From an uncultured Planctomycetota bacterium (GTDB lineage Bacteria; Planctomycetota; Planctomycetia; Gemmatales; Gemmataceae): a DNA stretch of 64,000 nt. Both the position numbers and the translations under genes were made by a program. Positions 56,165 through 64,000 of the stretch are shown piece after piece. The first letter of the stretch is position 1; each line of letters opens with the position of its first letter. The notes beneath the pieces are model-generated. The model was not told the origin of the DNA. It saw nothing but the letters and a program-made list of their open reading frames with translations, and searched no databases. The stretch is taken from positions 864,001-928,000 of the forward strand of contig CAWKHF010000012.1 in the NCBI GenBank assembly GCA_963849325.1, in the 5' to 3' direction.

Positions 56165-56791
56165 ATGGCGATGCGATATGTAAAGTATACCAAGGAAGCC
56201 CTTGAAGAGGCCGTTCGGCAGAATCACTCCTTCTCTGGCGTCTTGCGAACGCTGGAGCGGAGGCTATCGGGTGGAACGCATTCGCATCTGGTTCGGCGAG
56301 TCAAGGCATTCGGTATCGATACATCACACTTTCTCGGTCGTGCATCCAACCGAGGCCCGAATCATAGGGGACCTAAGAAACTCCTTTGGGGCGAAGTCCT
56401 TGTGCTCCGTACAAACGGGCGAAGGCAAAAGGCGCATGTGTTACGGAGAGCTTTGCTGGAATTGGGTAGGGAATATCGATGCGAGGGGAAGGGCTGCTCC
56501 CTGACCGACCGATGGCTTGAGAAACCGCTAGTGCTCCACGTCAATCATAAAAATGGAAACTGGTTGGATGATCGCGCCGAGAACTTGGAGTTCCTTTGCC
56601 CCAATTGTCATAGTCAGACGGCGAACTACTGCCGAGGGATGCGGCCGGATCAACGGACAAGTATTGCGCCGTGGTGCAGGGAGTATCAGAAGCGCAGGAA
56701 AGGCCCCGTGACGGAATTGGCAGACGTTTGTGGCTTAGAACCACAGGTCCTAATGGACGTGAGGGTTCGAGTCCCTCCGGGGCCAGTATAG
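56165..56791 (+). CDS. HNH endonuclease
   Basis: YTKEALEEAV...GGTHSHL...GIDTSHFLG N-domain; LHVNHKNGNWLDDRAENLEFLCPNCHSQT. Confidence 0.9.
   Translation: MAMRYVKYTKEALEEAVRQNHSFSGVLRTLERRLSGGTHSHLVRRVKAFGIDTSHFLGRASNRGPNHRGPKKLLWGEVLVLRTNGRRQKAHVLRRALLELGREYRCEGKGCSLTDRWLEKPLVLHVNHKNGNWLDDRAENLEFLCPNCHSQTANYCRGMRPDQRTSIAPWCREYQKRRKGPVTELADVCGLEPQVLMDVRVRVPPGPV
56702..56785 (+). tRNA. tRNA-Leu(TAG)
   Basis: Acceptor GGCCCCG/CGGGGCC+A; D loop GAATTGGCAGA; anticodon arm TGTGG-CTTAGAA-CCACA; long variable arm GTCC-TAAT-GGAC; T arm GAGGG-TTCGAGT-CCCTC; CCA not encoded. Confidence 0.95.
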
Positions 56792-57808
56792 ATGTCCCTC
56801 TCCATCCCACTGCCACTTCTTATCACCGGCATCTCCGGCGTGGCCGGTTACAATGCGCTGCCGTACTTCCAGCGGTGCCACCCCGGACAGGTACACGGCA
56901 TCCGCCCGACGCAGACGTGGCAGCTGGTCGGACCCGGCATCGTCGCCGTGGACACGCAGGATCGTGACGCCCTGTTTGAACTGTTTCGCCAACACGGCTT
57001 CCGCGCTGTCCTCAACTGTACGGGCAACTGCGCCCTCAAATCGTGCGAGTTGGACCCGGCGATGGCGTGGCGCACCAACGTCGTCAGCGCCGTCAACCTC
57101 GCGGCCGCGGCCCGCACCTTCGGCGCTCGCCTGGTCCACCTGTCGTCGGACCTCGTGTTCTCGGGTGCCGGCGCCGGCGGCTACGTCGAGACCGACGCGG
57201 TCGATCCGGTGACGGTGTACGGGCGGACGATGGCGGAAGGCGAGCGGGTCGTCCTTGACACCGACCCGGACGCGGCCATCCTCCGCATCTCGCTGCCGAT
57301 GGGGCCGAGCTTCAACCGTCACGCCGGAGCCATCGACTGGATCCAATCGCGCTTTCGCAACGACCGGCCAGCGACGTTGTACCTCGACGAGGTGCGCTCG
57401 TGTACCTACACCGACGACCTCAATCGTGTTTTCGAATTGTTCCTGGCCGAACGACAGGCGGGCGTCTTCCACGCCGGCGGACCACGTCCTTTGACTCTTT
57501 ACCAGATCGCCCAAATCGTCAATCGCACGGGCGGCTATGACCCCCATCTGCTCAAAGGCTGTCCGCGCCGCGACGCCGGGCCGATGCCTCCGCGGGCCGG
57601 CGACGTGAGCATGAACAGCGACAAGCTGATCGCGGCCCTCGGTGACAATCCCTTCCAGCCCTGGCCGCTCGGCGACGAGTTGGTCCCGACGCACCGCCGC
57701 TGGCACTTCGAGCGGCCGACGGAGGAGCCTGGCTCGTTCGAGTGGTTGGCGGCGCGGCTGTATCGCTATCCCTCGCCGGAGCGTTCGGCCCCCGTCGGCT
57801 TGGAGTGA
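56792..57808 (+). CDS. RmlD-like extended SDR (dTDP-4-dehydrorhamnose reductase family)
   Basis: ITGISGVAG, VHLSSDLVFSG, DPVTVYGRT, ILRIS. Confidence 0.85.
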   Translation: MSLSIPLPLLITGISGVAGYNALPYFQRCHPGQVHGIRPTQTWQLVGPGIVAVDTQDRDALFELFRQHGFRAVLNCTGNCALKSCELDPAMAWRTNVVSAVNLAAAARTFGARLVHLSSDLVFSGAGAGGYVETDAVDPVTVYGRTMAEGERVVLDTDPDAAILRISLPMGPSFNRHAGAIDWIQSRFRNDRPATLYLDEVRSCTYTDDLNRVFELFLAERQAGVFHAGGPRPLTLYQIAQIVNRTGGYDPHLLKGCPRRDAGPMPPRAGDVSMNSDKLIAALGDNPFQPWPLGDELVPTHRRWHFERPTEEPGSFEWLAARLYRYPSPERSAPVGLE

Positions 57809-57826
57809 GGCGGAACGGCGGCGGCA

Positions 57827-58246
57827 TCAATACAACTCGACCATCTGTTCGCCGCCGTGGGCTGGATTGCCGATCAAGCGCTGCTTCATCGGATCGACGA
57901 CGAAATCCAGCCCTTCCAGGGGGAGTTGACCAATCAGGATAGGGCAGTCGTCCGGAACCTCAAGGACATCGCCACGCCAAACGCGGTCCTGGATCGTCAG
58001 TTGCACTACTCCGTACTGTTGGAGCATCACGGGGTCTCCGCTGGTGCGGGCGCGGCGGCGATCAAAGGACAGTAGCCCCAGCTGGGCAATGATTCCCTTC
58101 GGTAGCATTAACGTGCTTGTCCCGGTATCCACGAGGGCGTCCATCACTTCGACACTCCGCACCTGTTCGGGCTTGAGCAACCCTCTGTGGGCGCCGAAGA
58201 GGTCTTCCAAATTCTCGACCTTGGCCGTCACCAGGATCTTACCCAT
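57827..58246 (-). CDS. Clan AA retropepsin-like aspartic protease
   Basis: ALVDTGTSTL and ILIGQLPLEGLDFVVDP. Confidence 0.85.
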   Translation of the reverse strand: MGKILVTAKVENLEDLFGAHRGLLKPEQVRSVEVMDALVDTGTSTLMLPKGIIAQLGLLSFDRRRARTSGDPVMLQQYGVVQLTIQDRVWRGDVLEVPDDCPILIGQLPLEGLDFVVDPMKQRLIGNPAHGGEQMVELY

Positions 58247-59227
58247 CCTTGTCTCCATCGGCGGCCTCGCGGTAGGGGAAAAGGGTCTACATGGACTTGT
58301 TCTTCGATTGTAGCCCCCTGCGTCCGCGAAGGCGAGAGAAGTAAACTTTCGTCTTTCTTCCGCACACTTTGTACCGAGGACACGGCCCACGCCACCAGCA
58401 GAGACGCCGCCAAGCCGCAGACGAGGCCACGTTGCCAGGGTGTCATCTTCCGCACACCGGGCAGCAGTCCGAAGGACGCCGCCATCGCCGCGGCGGCAAG
58501 CAACAACCAACTGCTCGGCGGCGGCGGAGTGTAATCGTAGAAGGAACTGGTCAACCACAGCCCCGGCAGCAGCACCATCACGGGCGCGGTCGCCATCACC
58601 GGCGATGGCCGGCATGCACTCCGCAACAGGATCGGCAGCAGCGCCGCGGCCAACGCGCCGGCCAGTTGCGTCAGCTTGAGACTGTGGCCGTAATGCAGCA
58701 CCAGTGCCGAACCCGCCGAGGCGATGAGCAAGGTCAGTGGCTGCGTCACGCCCGGCGCGCCGGGCCGTGAACGCCAGCACCGACCAGAAGAGCAAGCCGG
58801 ACAGGCCCAGGCCAGCCAGCCAGGCCGCGACCTCAAGCCGCGCGGTGTCCTGGCGCATCGCTGGCGGCAGCACGAACCAGACGACGGCAAACCAGAGCAG
58901 GCCGCGCGACAGCCAGCGCAGCCAGGACGGACAGGAACGCCAAACGTCGAGAAAGCTGAGGGCGACGGCGAGGGGGACGAGGTAGAACAGCCGATCCGTC
59001 GCTTCACGCGGAGGGAAAGGGCGCCAACCATCGATGCCAGCGTGGCCGACCAGGTAGCCGGCGCCGACGGCCAGTGCGATATTCCAAACGCTCGATTCCG
59101 CAGCGCCCGCCCGACGCCACAACGGCCAGGTCGCCAGCAACACCACCGCGCTGGTCAGGGCCGGCAGAGCGGCCCCATACCAGAGCATCCATCGAACGAA
59201 GGACGGACTGTCCGCATCCAGAGACAA
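58228..59227 (-). CDS. Hypothetical multi-pass membrane protein (frameshift ~58760)
   Basis: TM helices in the N-part of ORF 57827..59227, continuing in ORF 58228..59031. Confidence 0.6.
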
Positions 59228-59265
59228 ACGGGGGCCTCCCGTTTCGCGGCGTGCGCCGGAGGGCG

Positions 59266-59853
59266 TTACTGAATCCCCTCGATCGCCACGGTGATGCGCA
59301 CCTCATCGCCGATGGCGGGGACGCCGTATTTCATGCCGAAGTCGCTGCGGTTGATGGAGAAGGTCGTCTCCCAGCCGGTGCGCGGCTTGCCGCTGCGCGG
59401 ATCCTTGGCGGTGCCGAGGCGTTCGAGCTTCACCGTTACCGGCTTGGTGACGCCGTGGATGGTCAAATCGCCGGTGACATCGTAGGTCTTCTCGTCGGCC
59501 GCCTTCATGCGCGTTGCTTTGAAGGTCATGGCCGGGAACTCCTTGGCGTTGAAGAAGTCCGGGCCTTTGAGGTGCTTGTCGCGGTCGGCGTTGGCCGTGT
59601 CAATACTGTCGATCCGAACCTCGATGTCCAGCTTGCAGTCGGCCGGGTTCCGTTCATCGAAGGCGAACGAACCGGAATACTGGTTGAAGCGGCCATAGAT
59701 GTGGCCGACGTTGAAGTGCTTGACGCGGAAGATCAGCGAGGAATGGACGGGATCCACGGTGAAGGTGTCGGCCGCTCGTACCGTGGAGAAACCGGCCGAC
59801 AGACTCAGGCCGAGGGACAGAACGGACCAGGTGAGAAGGCCGCGGGAACGCAT
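59266..59853 (-). CDS. yceI: YceI family lipid/polyisoprenoid-binding protein
   Basis: VDPVHS, SIDTANADRDKHLKGPDFF, GDLTIHGVTKPV, INRSDFG. Confidence 0.92.
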   Translation of the reverse strand: MRSRGLLTWSVLSLGLSLSAGFSTVRAADTFTVDPVHSSLIFRVKHFNVGHIYGRFNQYSGSFAFDERNPADCKLDIEVRIDSIDTANADRDKHLKGPDFFNAKEFPAMTFKATRMKAADEKTYDVTGDLTIHGVTKPVTVKLERLGTAKDPRSGKPRTGWETTFSINRSDFGMKYGVPAIGDEVRITVAIEGIQ

Positions 59854-60022
59854 GGAGGACTCCTTTCGTCAGGGAAATGGGACACGCCCCGGTGGACGGG
59901 TCTTCCGATAGACGCCCGGCCGACCGGAGCTATTCAATTTAGTGATTGCCGAGCGGGGCGGCAGTCCGGAAACTAACTCTGGCTTTCCGAACGGTTGGAG
60001 AACTTATCGCGGTGTGAGTGCC

Positions 60023-61242
60023 ATGAAATACGTCATCGTCATCCCGGACGGCTGTGCGGATGAACCGCAGGAATCGCTGGGCGGCAAGACGCCGTTGCAG
60101 GCGGCCCACAAGCCGAACATGGACCGCATTGCCCGCGAGGGCGTGGTCGGCCGCTCCAACAACGTGCCGCCGTCACTGACGCCGGCCAGCGATGTGGCCA
60201 CCCTGAGCCTGTTCGGCTACGACCCCTTGATCGTCTACACCGGCCGAGCGCCGCTGGAGACGGCGGCGATGGGCATTGCGCTCGGCCCGGACGACTGGGC
60301 CATCCGCTGCAACCTCGTCCACGTCGCCAACGAGTGCATGCGCGACTTCACCGCCGGACACATCTCCAGCGAGGAAGGCCGGCCGCTCATCGAGGCGCTG
60401 CACGCCGAGCTAGGCGGCGCAAGGGGACCGGACGGCGCTCGCCTCGAATTTCACCCCGGCGTCAGCTATCGCAACATCCTCGTCTATCGCCCCGCTTCCG
60501 GCACCACGGCCCCCTTCTCGGCGCAGACGAAGACGCAGCCGCCGCACGACGTTCCCGATCGGCCCATCGCCGACCACCTGCCGAATGGGCCCGGAAGCGA
60601 TCTGTTAAGGAGCTTGATGGAGCGAAGCCGTCCGATCCTGCACGATCATCCGGTCAATCGCGAACGCCGCGGCGCGGCCAGCGCGACGCGACCCAGACAT
60701 GGCTGTGGGGCCAGGGGCGAGCGCCGCACTTACGGCCGTTCGCCGAGGTATACGGCAAGCGCGGGGCCATCATCAGCGCCGTCGATCTGGTGCGCGGCGT
60801 CGGCGTGCTGCTGGGCTGGCAGCGCATCGACGTGCCGGGCGCGACCGGTTATCTCGACACCGACTACGCCGCCAAGGGCCGCGCCGCCGTCGCCGCCCTG
60901 CCGCATCACGATCTCGTTTGCGTCCACGTCGAGGCGCCGGACGAGGCGTCGCACGAAGGCCGCGCCGACGCCAAGGTGCAGGCGCTGGAGGAGATCGACC
61001 GTCACATCGTCGGCCCGCTGCTGGAGGCGCTGCCGCGACACGGCGATTGGCGTATTCTCGTCTCGCCCGATCACCGCACGCCGCTGCGGACGCGCGCTCA
61101 CGCCTATGGCATGGTGCCGTTCGCCTTCGCCGGCAGCGGCGTCGTCAGCAAGGGACAGGCGTCTTACGATGAGGTTGTCGCCGAGGCGAGTGATCTGGCG
61201 TTCGAGAAGGGACACGAGTTGATGCGGCGTTTTCTCGGGTAA
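60023..61242 (+). CDS. apgM: Cofactor-independent phosphoglycerate mutase, ApgM type (frameshift ~60680)
   Basis: IPDGCADEP, GKTPLQAA, PASDVA, WLWGQG, ATGYLDTDY, HVEAPDEASHEG, PDHRTP. Confidence 0.9.
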
Positions 61243-61307
61243 AGGCGCGTCGGAGAATAGCTTCCGTCTCGCGGTGGCTCGCAGAATCGCATTCTGGGTT
61301 GTAGGTC

Positions 61308-62534
61308 ATGAAAGCATCCTCCGGTAGCGAATGGTTCGAGGATGCCCTTGACGGGTTCACGGCGTACTTCCTGACCAGTCTGCCGGTCCTTCTTGGGGTT
61401 CTGTTCGGGGCAGACTTCCTGTACGGTCGTGATCGGCAGGTTGTCCCGCGCCTCGATCCGGTTTCCGCCTCTATCCATTTTGACGCTTACCACTACCTGG
61501 ACATCATTCGAACGGGTTACTCCTACAACCCGACGCGCCAGTCGCGGGTCGCCTTCTTCCCGGCTTATCCATTCCTCGCCCGCTGGCTGAGCCAGGCTAC
61601 GGGACTACTGCCGGAAGAGGCGGCGCTGTTGGTAGCCCACGTCGCACTCCTCGCTGCCTTTGTGCTTCTGGCTCGCTATGTCCGCCTACGCTGGCCGGAA
61701 GCGACCGCGGGTCAGCGCGGTATGGTATTGGTCGTTTTCGGCCTATGGCCCTTGGGGCTGTTCTTTCGCATGCCGTACAGCGAGAGCCTATTCCTGTGCA
61801 GCATGTTGGCTCTGCTCTACGGTATGGCCCGGAGATGGCCGCTGGCCGTCCTGGCGGTTCTGGCGGGCTTCGGCACCGCCGTCCGTCCGGTGGGGGTAGC
61901 TCTGACGGCCGCCTTTGCTTGGTACGTCCTGACACGAACCGGACAATCATGGGGGAAGAAGGCCGCTTGGGTGTTGTTGCTGACGCCCTTGGCCTGTTGG
62001 GGGTTATTGAGCTACATGGGGTATCAGTGGTTGGCCTTCGGCACGCCCTGGGCCTTCGCCCAGACACAAGAACATTGGAGCATGTTGGCCCCACCGGATC
62101 GCAGCTGGCCGGCAAAGCTGGGATCGCTGGCGATCCTGGAGCCGATCTGGGGAGCGTATCTACCCGACTACCCGCGCTACTGGGCTAACGCTGAGGAACA
62201 GACGAGTCCGCTGTTCAGCCTGATCTTCTGGAACCCAGTCTTGTTCGTGCTGGCGTGGGCGCTGCTGGGGCTGGGGGGCTGGAAACGCTGGTTGACGGGA
62301 AGCGAACTGGTTCTGGGGATGACCTTGCTGGCCATTCCCTATCTGACGCGCAGCTACGAGATGTCGATGGCCGCTCATGGCCGCTTCGCCGCTGTGGTCG
62401 TCGTCAATTACCTGGTTATCGGCCGGCTGCTGGCTCGCGTGTCGCCCCTGGTCATGGCCGCTGTATACGCGGTCTTCGCCTTGGGGATTTGCCTGCTCAC
62501 GGCCCTTTACGCGACGAACCATCTCATTTTCTGA
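61308..62534 (+). CDS. PIG-V/GT76-like membrane mannosyltransferase
   Basis: FDAYHYLDIIRTGY, AFFPAYP, YSESLF, RPVG. Confidence 0.85.
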   Translation: MKASSGSEWFEDALDGFTAYFLTSLPVLLGVLFGADFLYGRDRQVVPRLDPVSASIHFDAYHYLDIIRTGYSYNPTRQSRVAFFPAYPFLARWLSQATGLLPEEAALLVAHVALLAAFVLLARYVRLRWPEATAGQRGMVLVVFGLWPLGLFFRMPYSESLFLCSMLALLYGMARRWPLAVLAVLAGFGTAVRPVGVALTAAFAWYVLTRTGQSWGKKAAWVLLLTPLACWGLLSYMGYQWLAFGTPWAFAQTQEHWSMLAPPDRSWPAKLGSLAILEPIWGAYLPDYPRYWANAEEQTSPLFSLIFWNPVLFVLAWALLGLGGWKRWLTGSELVLGMTLLAIPYLTRSYEMSMAAHGRFAAVVVVNYLVIGRLLARVSPLVMAAVYAVFALGICLLTALYATNHLIF

Positions 62535-62733
62535 CCGAATGTAAATGTTTATATTCCGGAAGTTTACGACGGAATATGGAATATAGACCTCCGCCCCTCT
62601 TGCCGATTTCCTTTCGGTTTGGTAAGAAAAGCTCATTACGAGAAACCATCCATCCAAGCAGAACTGCCCTCCGTAGCCCGATGGTTCCCAGGAAAAATAG
62701 GGAAGCAGAGGTAATCCAGCCGTGTCCAGACAC

Positions 62734-63832
62734 ATGACCTTGCGGTGGTGGAGGAGAGGGCTTTTCTCGGTCTGCGCCGCACTGTTCCTGTTTTCGCTTT
62801 TCCTGCTGATCGCCAGAAAGAAATTCCCCGAAGCGTCCGCCAACGGAGGCAGCAGTACGTCTTCGCCTGCGGCGGAGCGCGCGGAGACCAAGTACGCGCT
62901 CGAGCACGACTTCGGCATGGTGAAGCCGGAGGAATCGCTGACGCACCGATTCCACATCCATAACGACACGTCCCTCCCCTGGACGGTCCAGAAAATCCAT
63001 AGCATGCTGTGCTTGCACGGTCGGCCGGCTGTCCCGGCCCGTTATCCCTCCGGGCGAGAGCGGGGATGCGGAGTTGACGTACCGAGCGCCCTCCGACGAG
63101 GGCAACGATCAACGCACGGTCACGATCGAGTTTGAAGACGAGAACAGCCCTGTTTACGCGCTGACAATTCGGGCGCGCATTCGGGAGCCGTTGAGCATCG
63201 ACCCCAAGCAGCTTAACTTCCCCCACGTTAACAGGGGGCAAGAGGTTGCGAACTTTCTGCAAATCCGCAATCACACGGAGCGGGACATCGAATTGTCCTC
63301 CGTCCAATCGGACTGCCCCTGGCTCTCCGTGGACCGTCCGATCCTGGAAAACGTCAAGGGTCCGGCGGGAGAGGCGCGGCAGGTCTGGCGTGTGCCGGTG
63401 CGGGCGGTAACGCACGACCTGCCTTCGGGATGGCACGAGGCCAAGGTGGAGGTCCGGACCAGCGACCCCAAGGCAGGCAGCAAACAGGTCGCCGTGCATT
63501 TGCAGGTCAACGAACCTGTCGAAGCCTGTCCCGCCCAGATGTTTTTCGGGACCATGCCGGCACAGGGGACGGCCCGCCGCCTGGTTCAACTGCGTTTCTC
63601 CTCGGAACAGGCGGCGCCGGCCGGCCCGGAAGCGATTGTCCTCCGGCACGACTTGAACGAGACGCTGCGGTTGACTTGCCTGCGGCGAACGGCGGCATGC
63701 TGGGAACTATCCGGGACCATCGCGGCAGGGCAGAATCCGGGCGTGATCCAGGGAACCATCGAGGTGAGCTTTCCCGGTCTCGCGCTCCCATCGCTGAAGA
63801 TTCCGGTCCTGGCCCGAGTGGAGGGACCATGA
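62734..63832 (+). CDS. DUF1573 (Ig-like) domain protein (frameshift ~63005)
   Basis: TM anchor, HDFGMV...HRFHIHN, SC(A)CT motif across the frameshift, PKQLNF repeat. Confidence 0.75.
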
Positions 63833-64000
63833 GCATCTGGAAGCGATGCCTGGGGCTATTGGCGCTGGCCGTCACTGCGACCTGCTGGTCCGTGGCCGGG
63901 ACCGCGCAAGGCCGCGCTGACGAGAAATCGGAAGATCCGCCGCCAACGGAGCGCCCCGCTGGCGACATGGTTCTGTGGTCCGCGCTGCGTGCAATTTCTC
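63829..64000 (+). CDS. Start of probable C39-like cysteine peptidase (partial, frameshift ~63970)
   Basis: ATGA overlap with the upstream stop; signal peptide; CGPRCVQFL in a shifted frame at the window end. Confidence 0.5.
   Translation, partial: MSIWKRCLGLLALAVTATCWSVAGTAQGRADEKSEDPPPTERPAGDMVLWSALRAIS

Noticed and set aside
56702-56785. tRNA-Leu as a prophage or island attachment site
   Set aside because: No integrase and no duplicated tRNA 3' end seen within the window.
57827-59227. 466-aa membrane protein-aspartic protease fusion in the ORF track
   Set aside because: The middle segment is out-of-frame junk. The membrane protein continues in ORF 58228..59031 and the protease has its own start near 58246-58258.

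Overview
GC-rich bacterial chromosome segment. DUF1549/DUF1553, planctomycete cytochrome c-WD40, TIGR03000-like and DUF4058-like genes, plus paralogous 'LADALEEAGC' proteins, point to Planctomycetota (probably Gemmataceae-like; inference). Most of it is housekeeping or lineage-typical: plsY, a folK-SDR fusion, rpiA, gnd, eno, htpG, ilvC, apgM, yceI and tRNA-Leu(TAG). About two dozen genes carry single frameshifts, best explained as sequencing indels. The main finding is a mobile block at 13680-18460. It holds an integrase-less integron cassette array on the minus strand: an attI-like simple site with four ~21-bp direct repeats, cassette 1, an attC, then cassette 2. The attC is split by a 1833-bp IS110/IS1111-family element. 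Removing the element restores a canonical 96-bp attC, and circularising it creates a TTGACA-N17-GATACT promoter. Its ~700-nt non-coding right end carries short matches to the target and the element ends, making it a candidate bridge/seek RNA. Next to this, an IS4-family element with 19-bp IRs and an 11-bp TSD sits inside a perfect 48-bp REP-like palindrome. Other items: an HNH ORF reading through the whole tRNA-Leu gene, a RES-Xre toxin-antitoxin pair inside a DUF1549/cytochrome c gene pair, an Sm/Lsm-like small protein, and several unrelated palindromic repeat families. All calls come from motif recognition by eye; no searches were run.
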